64,000 bases of DNA from the NCBI GenBank assembly GCA_051294905.1, contig CM119386.1, positions 5,580,001 through 5,644,000 of the forward strand, read 5' to 3'. The notes beneath the pieces are model-generated. The model did not search any database and was not told the origin of the DNA. It saw nothing but the letters and a program-made list of their open reading frames with translations. This document shows, piece after piece, positions 36,801 through 50,114 of this stretch (its first letter is position 1; each line of letters starts with the position of its first letter). The translations under genes were made by a program, and so were the position numbers. Source of the stretch: Botryllus schlosseri. Its lineage: Eukaryota.

Positions 36801-39800
36801 TTAAACAGGAGTGTCCAACACCCCAATCACACCGATTTTTTTTTATGTGATACAATACACATATCAAATCAAGATGGTATCCGTATACGCCTGCTAGATT
36901 TTTTACATTTGACAACGATGTATTCTGATATGAATTTCATTGATTGGTTGAATAAGCATCATTCGCTGACTATACCTACATGTAGTGTGTTTCGCTCTGG
37001 ATATTGTGTGATTGCGGGTCAAGCTCACAGCAGAGAGTCAGTAAATATTTAAAAACGGAAAACTAGATGTTTCGAGCAAACGTTTGTAACAAATCAACTA
37101 AAATTTTTGAGATTGTCAATGTTGCATGCTCGTTTAGTGTTGATTTTTTATGCTGTCAGTGCCATGTATAGAGTGGCCCGCAGTTGAAATGCAATGAATT
37201 TTAACCAATAACGTGGAAAATTGCAATATATGAAAAAGGCTCACAGTGCAGAACCTACCAAGGTTCGTTTGTGAACGTGAACCTCTAAATTTCTGAGGTT
37301 CACACACAGAACGCGAACGTGAACCTCGCGTTCACACCATCCCTAGAATATACCAATTCATCATGAGAATATAAATTATTTGGTCTATAATCCAGATTCG
37401 GTATTACAGTTATATCGTCCTCAAAGCCATATGGAGAAAAAAAATGATGGATGTGTGAAATAATGTTGCTGTACTAGACTTCCGGTATTTTCTTTATACA
37501 AGCTCCGACAATTCTCCGCCAAGATCATTTGTAATTATCAATTGGTTTGACTTGTATAATGTATATCACAACCGGCATCGTTTGATTCTTTATCATATAA
37601 CTTATGGGCGACGTTATGTTTTATCAGTATACTTGTCGTCGTGACTTACCATTCATAAGTCGGTCTCATGCGGAATTAACGCATCCCAGATGATTTACTT
37701 TGCTTTGCACATGTTCAAGTCAATTTTACGTTACTATGTTCTTCGTTCACAGATTTAAGACAACATTCCGAACAGGAGAAGCGAGATAAAGAAGCCAAGA
37801 GACAATTGATCGAGGAGATGGACATCAAGTTCAAAGTAGATTTGGTAGGAAACGGAGGCTAGCGGTTATTCACTGCTTTAGTCGTGGTGTGCTGAATCTG
37901 ACGCCATTCTACATTCCATGCAATTAGTATTTAAGTGGTACGCGGAAGGTACACATTTTATAGAAAAAAATCTTTTCAAATTTGATTTTACGTACGTCTG
38001 CGTTGCGAGTTCAATTGTCTCATTCCATTTCACTACAGCGGCGTTACAGTCGTAGTCTCATATGGACTAAAGACATTATTTTAAAAGTATTAACTGACAC
38101 ATTTAATGTACGAAATGTCGGACATGCTTGAAGCTTGACTATTGCTTGACTAGCTGGTTGAAAGTTTCGAGGACAGATTCTATTCAACTCAAAGTGTTTT
38201 TCAGTTCAATGAATATATAGGCTTATGGAAGTAAGTTTTCGGCCATTATGTTATTACGATTGCAAGTAATAAATTCCCCTCAATACATTCTTGCGTATAG
38301 TCGGACTTTGCCCGATTCCTCGTTTGTTGATGACTACTATCAGGGGAATCGTAAACGAAGTTACGCTTGAGATGCATGCATGTATAACAACGTAACGCGC
38401 TTACACTTTCGCTTTAGATTATCACCCCAAACAGCAGGAAATCCCCAACAACAACCACGCCATCTAGTGCTAACCATATACCACCGCTTGCGAAGGTACA
38501 ATATGCGGACAAAAGTAGTTTGGGCCCCGATATCCACATATACGAAGATGTGACACCACCGCTATCCAAAAGAACCACGTCCAAAAGTCAACTTACTAAT
38601 AGCGGTAAGAGTGTGCAAAATATATCGTTGTAACTACGGGGTAGCTTGTACAAGTACACGTACATTTAGCATGAGATTCTCTTCATACAATGATTTCATG
38701 GGTGCTGTGCCACTATGACATTACATGATAACACTTTATTACAGTGATGCCTCATCTACTGAGTGTGAATACCAAGTAGTTTTGAATTGATTAGAAACCG
38801 TGTGACGCAGAAGTAGAAGCAGTGTAAAACATAGCGTCTTGAGTAAGCTGGGAAAGTTGGCAGAACTTACTTTAGTAGCCCACTCTAAAAAGTAAAAGAT
38901 GTTATTATTGGCCACATCTCTATATGTGTTGGTTGGTGATCAACATTTCATCTGTATTGATATTGTATGTGAAGGAGCATTACGAATTTTAAAATAGTGT
39001 TGGATTCTATATAATTGATACATTTGTGTGTATACCTTTACTACCTGAGCCCGGAAATCGAGGTTACAGAAATCCCATTTAAAATGAATATATTTGTGAT
39101 AAAAATAGTCCATTAGCTCGCTTTCTGTGGTGTCGTGTCGACTATTTGTTACAACCACTCCTCACGTCATTTCTGGCAGTAAATCTCATAATCCTCACCA
39201 AACCGCAAAAGATCGATTCCAACGTATCGACTATGATTCGAAATTCACAAACTTTGACGTTGACGTGATCGTTACGTCACCTTGAAAACCAGAACATTGT
39301 CGTTAGAAAGTGGCATGGTACGTACTCGACAACTATTAGTGGACTATTCAACTACTCTGAATTTGGAAACTTTGATGCCGCCGTAATTGTGACGTCATTT
39401 TCGAATCATTGAACCTTCGAAACACCATCGCAGCAATTGACATTTATCAGACGCAACATTGGTGTGATATACTAAACAGTACATCCTTCATTTCATCGAT
39501 CAGCGTCACCTCCCTCAGACTCGCCGTGGAGATTCTCAAAGGGGGATTCCGGCTACAAGTCCCAGAGCGACAGTTCTAACAGCAGGGAGAACGAAAATGT
39601 AAAAAAATCAAAGAAGAAAAGCGATCAAGTACGCTCGAAAGGTGCCAGAGGACTACATGTTATAAAACAGTCTCGGAAGGTAGGTATCTAATTTCATAGC
39701 CCGCAAATTCGCACCTGATTTTGCATCGGACATAGAGAGAGTGCGAGAAACAGAAAAGAGATTAGCATGTCCTTGCGTGTTTTTCGAGTTGCGTCATAGT

Positions 39801-42800
39801 TAGTTATGTCCACTAGGAAGTATTAAGCAGTAGGCAGGGCCGTATCAGCACTTCGTCAGCCCCCCCAAAAACGTTGGCCTTGGCCCCCCATAGGGTGATA
39901 AACATAACTTCTGGGGGGGCTTCGCCCCCAGACCCCCCTTCGGCTATCCGCTTTTTGACGCTATTTGGCATGAGCATTGGGTGTCCATTTTGTGGGTCAG
40001 CTTTTCCCGCCTAGACGCGCGAAGCGCGAAAAATTTCAGTAAATCATGATTGAATCGGCCAATATGATCGGGAATTACATATATACTGCTATCAATTTTG
40101 ATCCTCTCTCTACTCACGTAATCATAGATTTACCGGTAGAGCTGAGCGAGGTCTGTTTTAAAACGTAGGACCGCCCAATAATAATTAGACATCTACGGGC
40201 GTACCCGTTGGCACGAACGAAACAGCACTTCGTCAGCCCGCCCCCCCACAAAAATTGGGTTTTGGGTTCTCATAGGGTGATAAACATCACAGTGTTCGCT
40301 TTTGCCACGAAATTAGCTGCACTGTTTAGTGAGCCAGCTCGAAGCGCGAAAATTTTCGATAATTCATTATATAATCGGTCAATAAGATCGGGAATTGCAT
40401 AAATATTGCTATCAATATCTTGTCCTCTCTGCTCACGTTATCAGATTTACCGGAAACTGTAGGGCCCGTAAATAATAATTAAACATCTTCGGGCGGGCGG
40501 ACCCGTTGGTATGACTTCGTTACATGATTTTATTTCGTGACCTCCTATCTGCTATATCAAAAATATAGAATCGCTCAAACGTACTAAACTAAAAGACGCA
40601 CACGATTTCAAATTGCTATTTCTTCACTGGCATATATTTTTCCTGCTGGATGGTATTTGTCTTATGAGGTTCAGATTGCCAAAGCAGGAACATATGGCGC
40701 CAGTCATTTAGGCGCCTATGGACAATTAAACCTATTATTTTGTATATATAACGAAGTTTTCGGTCTGCGTAAGGGCAGTCCGTTTCGGCCAAGCTTTTCG
40801 CGCTGCCGATCGTTCTGGCACACTTCTTGGAGTCGCATGGAATAAGCTCTAAATCGTTATATATATTGGTGCGTAGTGGCGTGTAAATGGCCAACGCCGA
40901 TATGTCAATTTCTATAAATCTTGCGTGTTTTTTCTTGGGGGAAGAGTATACCAAATAATCAAGACATTTGGCAACTTTAAATCGCGCGCAGCGCGAAAAA
41001 TTTTGGAAAAAATTGCATAAATTTTCAAAAAATACTCTATAATTTATGCTAATTCACGAAATAATTTGGGGCCCCCTTCGAGCTCGGCCCCCCCCAATTG
41101 GGGGGTTTGGGGTGCGGCAGTTACGGTGCTGGCAGTAGGTTATCATGAATTGTAATTGTGATGGACAGGGAATAATCCTCGTGGAAATTTAGGTTGGAGG
41201 AGAATTCCCACCAGTGAAGTGACGTTACAAGTGTGATGTAAGCGTGTAACGTAACAAATTAATTTGACGAAGGCATATCCAAAACAAATATGCGAGACGG
41301 GCAAGAGGGTCTTTTCTCTCTTTGGGCTATACTGGGGGGATGTTAAGATACGGGTTCCCAAGTCGAAAGGAAAATGTAACGGTTACTTCCGTCTACTACC
41401 TATATCTCTTTCGAATCTCACGGTTTAATAGACTGCTATACAATGACGTGTAAAACGCCGGAGTCGGGCGTGTATAGTGCCCATTCATTGCATGTTGTGA
41501 CGCTTACACTTAAGAAATACATGCGAAATTATTAACAGGTCATATTGTCGACTGTTTCTATTTGGTAAAACATGGCATGTTTGTTTGTTTGTTTTGGGGG
41601 TATTCATGGTGTTTGTCGACTACTATGGTCATTTACACCAGGCCGATATTCTTCTTATTTTCCGTAACTGCCGACTTATAGCACGGCCCACCTCTAGGCT
41701 TTTGTAAGACACCGCTGACGCGGATGAGGTGGCGAGGAGGAGCCTAGGTAAACCTCCAACACTTAGGTATCGAAATTCGGAAGTCGACCTCGGTCGGACT
41801 CGAACCCGCACCCATTGGTGTTGCAGCCGCGGATTATACCACTGCGCTATCTCGCCACTTCAAACATGGCATGTATTTCAATTTCTACTTCGATTGGTGT
41901 CAAGGTACAAGTGAACGTAACAACTAATCATTGACTGAGTGACTTCTGGACCAATAAAACCTCTCTTATTTGTTATCAGGCAAGTCGAGAGAATGTGAGT
42001 CAAAGTATGAGAGCTCTCACACCGAAAGAAAGAGAAAGCATTCAGTTCTTAGAAGAAATCATCAAAACCGCGGATGGATATGACAGGTATTCACGTGAAT
42101 ATTTCACCAGAGTTGGTGGTCCAAGTATTGCTATTAAAATAGAAGTAAGTGGAAGTAGACGTAACTATAAGTAATGTCGTAAATTACTACGCAATTCCAA
42201 GAAGAATTTCCAATATGCACCAGAAGTATATTATTTCAAGTAGAAGTAAGAATGAAAGATCTAGAAAATACTCAAGTAAGGGTTTATAAAACTAGATTTG
42301 CAATAGGCGTCGCATACTTTTAGAAGTAGCCCAGGCTAAGTTAGACGTGGAAATTTGCATATTGGTAATTTTCGAAATACATATCCAATTGCTGTGTTAC
42401 AGGGGCTACGTCGCCCGGTCGTTGTAAAAATGATACAAACATTTGAAATAACTACTTCCTACTTTACAAAACCAAAATGTAATAATTACGTAGTTTTTCT
42501 TTGGAAACATCGAAGTAGAAGTATAAGTACTCTGAAAACATATCCACATGAGCAAGTATTGCCAGCAGGAAAAAATCCTTGCGTATACCGCGAAAAACTA
42601 CGAATACTTAATCGTTAACCTACTGATCACATCTGAATTTTGTTACTATTTTCATACCACGAGCAGTATATATTGCAGCTCATGTAGAAGGCAGATAGCA
42701 GACAATAAATATAATCTGCATACCACTATACTAAGGTTACCATACGTCCTCTTTTAAGAGGATTTGTCCTCTTTTTTGACTTTTTTGAAAGTGTCCTCGG

Positions 42801-44651
42801 AGGACGCCGTTTTGTCCTCTTTTTTGAGATTTTGTCCTCTTTTTTGAAAATTTAGGTCACATTTAGAGCAAAATGCGAGTGATATGCCTATAATTAGCAC
42901 AGAAGTGACGCTCCGGCGAGCATTTCGGAGTGAAAAACGGCGATTTGAGCTCCTAGCGAAAAGTTGACCTTTTTTTTGTAGTCATCCACCTACCAATGTG
43001 GAGAGAAAAACGGTATTTTGAGCTCTGAGCGGAAAGTTGACCTTTTTTTAAGTCAACCGATGACAAAGTCAGAAAAATTCACCGATTTTTGAGAATTCTT
43101 CTCCGGTTTTGCAAGTCTCAAATTTCTGAATAAGTGTCCTCTTTTTAGATTTCCAAAATATGGTAAGCCTACACTATACTTAACATGCTCATATTTCTAT
43201 CCAGCCCGGACGATGTATTCAACAGTGATTCCGAATGCGAAGAATACACTGACGATTCAGGACGCCGGTCCTGCAAAACCATCGACGAGGATGGCGACGA
43301 AGCAATCGATTACGGATACGCTTCGGTGAACGATATTTCAAGAAGGTTTAGTATAGAGAGCGCGGAGAGCGTTGGCAGCATCATTGATCTTGTGGGTAAC
43401 TTATCGACGTCGTCAGCATCCTCCTCCACACCACCAATATACGCTGTCGTCGACAAGACAAGGAACAACGCTAATACATCACAACATGAAGCAAGAATAG
43501 CTAACGCCAGGCATGGAAATGTTTTCGCACCTACTGACCACGGAAATGAGATATTTGATAGCAAGGACGCTATTCATCCCGAGGACGCTATAACACAGTT
43601 AGATGAAGTTATCAATTCGTTCTGTCTTTCGTCAGACGAGGAGAATATATACGAAGACGTATATCAAGATAGCAGCGTAACATCCAACGGTTACGAGAGA
43701 AATATACTTCTCGAGACAGATGCATCCGAGCACTGGAAAACTGCCGGTGGATTTTCTGAGTCTATAGTCGGCTCAGACGTAAAGGAGAGGATGAAAAAAG
43801 AGAAAAAGAAACGCAGCGACGCGGGAAAAGAGAAGGAGAGAAAAGAGAGGAAGAAAAGGGCAAAGGAAGAAAGAAAAGCGAATCACAGAAAAGAGCAAGT
43901 CGGCGAGAAAACCAGCCTTCGCGAAGAAGATATAGCTCGTCATGTCGACGCGATCACCGCGCTGACACGGGACATGATATTGACCGCCCAGCAAGAGCCT
44001 GTCTACGCCCAAGTAGACAAGTCCCGCAAAACTAAAAAAGACATCAACGAAAACATCGAACGTTCAATCGGGACTATCGAGCCTCCAACGCAATTCAGCA
44101 ATGAAATCGATTCTAGACAGAATGGACAATTTCTTGATCCACATAAATTGAAACAAAACCAAATATTGTTCAATTCCACACCCAGCGCATGCGACTCTCC
44201 CTCGTGTCGAAATGTAACGACATCAAACCGCCAACAAAATTTGCTTGGCGCACCTCAATCGCATCAAAATGATGACCGCAATAAATCCTTCACAGACAAC
44301 AATAACTATGAAAGTATAGTCACTCCTTACTACAAATGTAAAACAGAAGAGGAACATCTCAAACGGATGGCAAATGCAGCTAGCGGCATCGCAACTGTTA
44401 ACGATACGGATGAAATTGGCGACTCCAATAATTACAGACAACAAAACGATGCTCGTAGTTCCCGCACGAAAAGGCCGTTGTCATGGAATATATCCACGGC
44501 TGACCCGTCCCCGCAATCAACTGTTACATCGAAGCCCTATTCATCTTTTCGTATAGACAGAACCGACGGTACGAACCATGACCGTGCGTCCGGTGTGAAT
44601 CGCAAACCTTTTGTTCTTACTGCCATGAAAAAGCCCATGCAATTATGTTGA
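33805..44651 (+). CDS. Uncharacterised, probably intrinsically disordered ~711-aa protein with multiple tyrosine (SH2-ligand-like) motifs
   Basis: Exons 33805-33955, 37753-37835 (or -37844), 38418-38604, 39519-39679, 41980-42086, 43205-44651. GT-AG with matching phases 1,0,1,0,2 gives one open frame of 2136 nt. The last exon is the 488-aa track ORF. The true 5' end is uncertain (acceptor at 33741; possible upstream exon 30097-30116). Confidence 0.72.
36338..37345. mobile_element. hAT-type element with GTGAAC repeats (intron 1 of the Tyr-motif gene)
   Basis: TIRs TAGGGATGGTGTGAAC / GTTCACACCATCCCTA; perfect TSD GAATATAC. Confidence 0.9.
39835..41131. mobile_element. hAT-type element, CAGGGCCGTA family, internally duplicated
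   Basis: Ends CAGGGCCGTA / TTACGGTGCTG; perfect TSD GCAGTAGG; collinear with 55950-57170. A right-end fragment lies at ~20010-20055. Confidence 0.85.
41676..41858 (-). mobile_element. tRNA-derived SINE, family A
   Basis: A-box TAGCGCAGTGG, B-box GGTTCGAGTCC; head and body shared with 55450-55622. Confidence 0.75.
42732..43171. mobile_element. hAT MITE, same family as 18844-19212, reverse orientation
   Basis: TIRs TAAGGTTACCATA / TATGGTAAGCCTA; perfect TSD CACTATAC; ends 33 nt upstream of the acceptor at 43205. Confidence 0.9.
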
Positions 44652-45858
44652 GATATCTTTTGCAACGCTTGCCAAGTATACAGATCCCAATCGCCTTTTC
44701 GAAACAGTGTGGGTGAGAGCGGGATAGTATCACGGCCAAGGGCGATTTGGCGTGGCCCGCAAAACGCCTCGGTATATTTATGGATCAGGTTTTTCTAGAT
44801 TCAGACACTGAACGGGTTGATAAAATTATGATAACTGATGACAGCCATGAAGAAACTTCAAGAAAATAGAAATTTCGAGTCCTGCCGGATCGGGTGCTTT
44901 GAGAAAAACGCGAGCTCGGAACCAATTCTGGTTTTGAAACATATACCCAAATTACGTCATGTTAGAATAAAAAAAAATTGAACCTGTGCATCTCCACTTT
45001 CCGCCGATAGCCTTGTCGCACCCTCAAAATTTGCAACGTCGTACGCATGACGATGTCATGAGCGTGATAGCCAGAGCGTGATAACAGCCACCCTGCGCCA
45101 TTTAATTCTTTTGTCCGTTGCAATCGCAGGAAATATATACGGTAGTGTCAAATTTCTGGATAGTGCGAATCTTCTAACTGTATATAACAGGTGCTCCGAC
45201 TGATATATCATTTTTATTTATTTTCTCCTCGTGCTCACACATAGTATATCTTCGTCACGTAACTGCGGCGGACCGTCTACTTTTTCCTTACCTGTTTCAG
45301 TAAATTCAAATATATTGAAATGAATGCAATACATGGCGTGGTAAATTTTGCGTATACAGAACGATGTTAGTTACTGCGGCGATAGATTCGATTTCGATTA
45401 GATTCGGTTGATACTGCTGCAGCGCACAGTTCTTATCACGCAACAAATAGCGAAGGGGGCGATGACGCGTTAAAACGGCTATATTGGAGTCAAGTCGTCG
45501 GAATGACCTTTTTTTAGTCAACCCACGGAAATTTAGTTGCAAAAGTGTAAAATTCGACAACGAGCCGAAAAGTTGACCTTTTTTTTAGTCAACCCGCCGA
45601 TGATTACAGATTGTATACCGATTTTTCGGTTCGCAAAATCTGGGGGGCGATGATCGGCGTTGAGCTTGAAAAGGGGGCGATGAGTCGAAAAAGGTCACCG
45701 GTCTAGAGTAAAACATGAAATCAGGTGCTTATTGATATCGTACCACCAAACTTCGTGCGATCTGTAATTGCTGAATTGAACTTGGGAGTGCTTGTGACAA
45801 CGGCATTAACGAAACCTGCCGTCTTAAAGGGTTACCTATATATGAACGCTTCTACAGC

Positions 45859-46286
45859 TACGGTTGTATTTAAAACAAAAATAAATTTAAAACAAACATT
45901 TTTAAAACTGTTTTTTTTTTGTTTTTTGTTTGTTTTTCTTTTTAAGCCATGTCGTCACTAATATTCAATTGTGACGTCATAGTGGATTGACAATTAAATA
46001 TATAGGGTAAATAGCTCCTTTGACGAAATATCTGTATACTATTATTGTTGAACCGACTATTTTGAGAGTTCCAACCATCCCATATTGGTATAAGTCGGCT
46101 ATATCGGGTGGTACTTGTCCGTAGGCTCATACAACATGTTTTTGGAAATGGTATTTACACAATTATGGCATAATTTTACAACTTGAAAAAACACATTTTT
46201 TTTATAAGGCCTTTGTTTAAAACACTGTTTAAAACATGTTTAAAAAAAAGTGTTTTAAAACACCGTTTATTTTAAATGCAACCCTA
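45859..46286. mobile_element. hAT-type MITE with A/T-tract subtermini
   Basis: Ends TACGGTTGTATTTAAAA / TTTTAAATGCAACCCTA; flanks TCTACAGC / TTTACAGC. A second copy begins at 63750. Confidence 0.78.
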
Positions 46287-46502
46287 TTTACAGCAGTTAT
46301 TCGGTGCGAAGATGGAACGCGAATAAGACTGAAAATTAAGTTTTCGACTGTTCCCTCAGAAGTTTCATATAGATAGATCATGTGAAAGCAACAGCGGGCA
46401 TTAACAATCACACCTGAAGATAATGGGGTGATGTGTCCGAGTCAACAGTCAGAGCTGTCGCAATTCATAAAGATCAGCAGCGCTGAGAATGTTCGTCTAA
46501 CT

Positions 46503-47376
46503 CAGGGGTGGCCAACTTGCGGCCGCAGAAGGAAATTTGTGCGGCTGTGGTCGCGTATTTCAATTAGTATGTGTTGGCGGCCGTCGACATGAAAATTGTA
46601 TTTACGAATTGACACCGAGATTTTTTGGAGATTTTGATCAACCTTGAAAATTGCTTCGCGCTGCGCGTGATTCAACGCGACTTCATTTTTCAAATGTAGT
46701 AGCGCTCTTTGCAACATGACCACCACAGTACAGATGTGAACAGCAACGAAAAATGATGCGCCCCATATAGAAATACCGACTTGGAATCGTGTCCTCCTCA
46801 CGAAAGAAATTTGTTTCTGTGGTGTGTTTGGGTGATTTCGATATCTTTCCAATATAAAGTAATCCTGATGGGGGGTCAAGACATAACAAAGTGACTTATT
46901 ACAATTGGTACACCCGTTGATAGCCTACATCAACATTTATAACTTGCCGTAAATTTTCGAAAACACACCCTCCATCAACTTTGCCGGGGAATCTGATCAC
47001 ATTGGCTGAGAAAGAATAAATGATTGATAGTAGGCCTAATATGTGAAACTACGAATATTGATGAAACTACGAATATTGATGAAAAAAATCATTCGTGCAT
47101 CTGAAAAGTTTTCGCGCATCGCGCGACCATGTCGCAATTAAGAATCTATTCATAACATAACCACTCGCGATTGCGGTGCATAGCCAATAGTAAGCCGATA
47201 TGAATGAATAGGTTATAGTCTGGAGCTCAATGAAAATGGACATGGACAGTTTAAATTGGGTATTTGACTCCCAGTTTGTTCATTACAAACTGTGTCCTGG
47301 AATGCGGCCGTAGGCAACATGTCCACTCGAAATGCGGCCGTGAATAGCAAAAAGGTTCACCAAATGACCACCCCTG
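46503..47376. mobile_element. hAT (Charlie-like) non-autonomous element
   Basis: Ends CAGGGGTGG / CCACCCCTG; perfect TSD GTCTAACT. Confidence 0.85.
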
Positions 47377-48491
47377 GTCTAACTAAACCCAATATATGCG
47401 CCGCATAACAGAATCATTGTCTAATCAAATAAAGCTCCCGCTTGATGGCGGACTTTAGGTAATTGCAGAGACAGACTATAGATAGATACGTAGGTTAGTT
47501 ATCTATAGACAAACCGACTGCCGATACTTCACCCGGGCAATTTCAACTAATCCTCGACTCGTTTTGGTTCTACTTGGGCTCATGAATTCGAATTATTGCG
47601 CAATAATAATATGCAGTCAATTAAGAGACGTAAATATTTTTGCCAGCGAAGCATAGCAGAAAATTAGTATTAGTCCTATGGTATTGAACTGAACATTAAG
47701 TATGAATATTATGTTAAAATATAATTGTCATTTATGATCGGCATAAGCAGCGTTAGGCTTACACGTACGTACAAAGACATAAGTGTTTGTTCCGAAATAG
47801 TGTGTAAATCGAGATGGCAGATTAAACCATACGTCGTATATTTTGAGGGATTTACTGTAGATATAGGCTCAACTCAGCACAACGTGCTGCATGTCTAGAA
47901 AAATTGCCAGCATTCGATATAAATTGAAATGGACAATGTCAGCAGCATCAGAATTCGACTAAAATTATGAGTCAAGCAAATTACATTTGTGCGATATGAA
48001 CGTCAGGCTGCTTACCTTTGGCATTCATTCTTTTCATTGTCTAGAAGAGGTCTATCCATCGGATATATTTTCAAGTCGACAAGTTTCAAGTTCAGGTTTC
48101 AAGGTCACTTAAACTAGGGCATTTTTGGTGTTTATTAGATAGCTTTCGTTTCGATTTTCACAGCCGATGCGAATGACAGTATTGACCTAATGCAGTATGA
48201 GCAGACCCAAAGTGTTTGATGTGGGAATCGTTTTCACTTGCACTGGTTTACTCAACGCCGGAGGGCATAGATAGATGTGATATGAGCAATGGTACACGTA
48301 ATTGTTGGTTATTGTCAATATCCACGATCTGTCCCTACCTTCGAGTCACGATTCTTTTTAACAGCATGAATATTAAGGGAAATTAGTATGTGGCGCTTTT
48401 CACCTTAACAGTCCGGTGAACAGCCAGGGTAGAAATAGGCTACTGCAAATCTGTTGACTATAAACAGGTATAGCATTGCTGGTTAGGGCGA

Positions 48492-48510
48492 AGAGAGAGA
48501 GAGAGAGAGA
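48492..48510. repeat. (AG)n microsatellite
   Basis: Direct reading. Confidence 0.9.
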
Positions 48511-48789
48511 TATGATATTCTTTCTCGCCTGCACCATCGAGATGCTTTGGCGACGGAGTTGCGATACGGCCCCATGAGGTCATCTAGTCTGCGCCCCCGT
48601 TTTTTTATTTCTCCTCCATGCTATCCGTGAATCCGAAGTAATCCAGTAGCGATAGGAGCTCCGGCCTCAAAGACTTACGCGTTGTGAATTTCACATTTAG
48701 TTTCGGACAAAAATCAGTCGGAACCGATTGAGAATTAGGTAATAATTATATTTATCGTTGGGTTATATTTTTCCATCTGAACAAGTCAC

Positions 48790-49132
48790 ACACAATGTAC
48801 GATGCGATAAGACACAATGCGATGTCACGAACAGATAGGAGGATGTCGAACGACACGCAACAGTAGCGATCACTCTAACATTCACCTCGGCCTACTAGAG
48901 TGCCCGATGTCACAGTCATTTCGATGTTGATCTTTGTTTGAAGCCGCGGCCCTTTCTACTAATTCTTTCCATTCCTTGTGAGTGCTTTCTTTCGTCGGGT
49001 CTTTTACTGGGCTTTTTTGTCGCCGTAAAACGGCAACGGCGGGGGAAGAGGAGCTCAGATAAACCTTCGACGGGAAACGAACGCGGTTCGTCCTTGGTGG
49101 GCGCTTATCGTAACTACTACACTATCTCCCCG
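48790..49132 (-). mobile_element. tRNA-derived SINE, family B
   Basis: A-box-like TAGTGTAGTAG, B-box-like CGTTCGTTTCC; 3' part TTCGACATCCTCCTATC..TCGCATT resembles the L2-like tail. Confidence 0.6.
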
Positions 49133-49565
49133 CTAGGTATTGAGGACTTGTGAGGAGGAATTCCTCTACGGTTATTTTTCTTTACTTATATTTCCCGAAA
49201 TAGCTCTGATATCACATCACAGCATCATCTTTACGCTTCTCATAGTGCTTGAATTCCAAGGGAGAAGGGGCTTATGGAGAATGTGCGATACGACGTATAC
49301 ATCACTGTTTTTTAACAGGAAAGAGCCTTCGGTCAGTACCTCGAACCTCGAAAGTTTGCTTGAAATTTTGTATAATATATTGATACGGTTGCATTCAGAA
49401 CAAGAGGTGTTTTAATACACTTTGTTTAACACAGAGTTTTTAACAAATGCAATTTCAAAAAAGGTTTATTTTTGCAAAGGTGCAATAATTATGTGGTAGC
49501 CTAATTGTGTGAATACTTTCGGATAATATGTAGCAAGAATAACCTTTGGACGACTTGCACTAGAT

Positions 49566-50114
49566 CTGTGGTTCTCAACCTTTTAGTCTTCGCGGACCAC
49601 TTTTGGCCGTCAGAGACCCCCGCGGACACCCTTGAGTTTTCGTAAAAATTTAAATCAATCAATTATCGTGCAACTGTGATATCACTTGCGTAAAATTTAA
49701 CTGTAGGATAGTAATAATAATAAATATCCTACTATGTAAACGCATTTGAATTGTGTGTGCTAACAGTCTACTGAGACAAACATATTGCTCTTTAGAGGCG
49801 TTTTGTTGGCGTTCGTGGAAAAATGAAAAGTTGGAGAAGGTCAAAAAAGGTGACTTCGAAATGTTTGTAGTTGAAGTTGTCAGTCTCCGCACATTAGTGA
49901 ACCGCACTTGTTTGAAATAAAAATTCTTGGAATTTTTTTCGTCATCTGTCCCAGTGCAGGGATTGAAACCTCGACCTGAAATCCATTTTCGTCTGTGATG
50001 TACATAACCACTATGCCAGAATACACGATAATTGAGCTAATTTTGGACGAAAACTTGAAGGGTCCGTGACGGCCCAAAAGGACCCCGCGAAGGAAAAAAG
50101 GTTGCGAACCACTT
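49566..50114. mobile_element. Older Charlie-like MITE
   Basis: Ends CTGTGGTTCTCAACC / GGTTGCGAACCACTT; TSD degenerate. Confidence 0.6.

Noticed and set aside
41780-41858. tRNA gene (also 55450-55530 and 25690-25750)
   Set aside because: A and B boxes are present, but there is no convincing acceptor or anticodon stem, and similarity between copies continues into a shared body, as in SINEs.
43185-43204. ATG start of the 488-aa ORF as a single-exon gene
   Set aside because: Lies in a polypyrimidine tract ending CCAG; the upstream exon 41980-42086 joins in phase.
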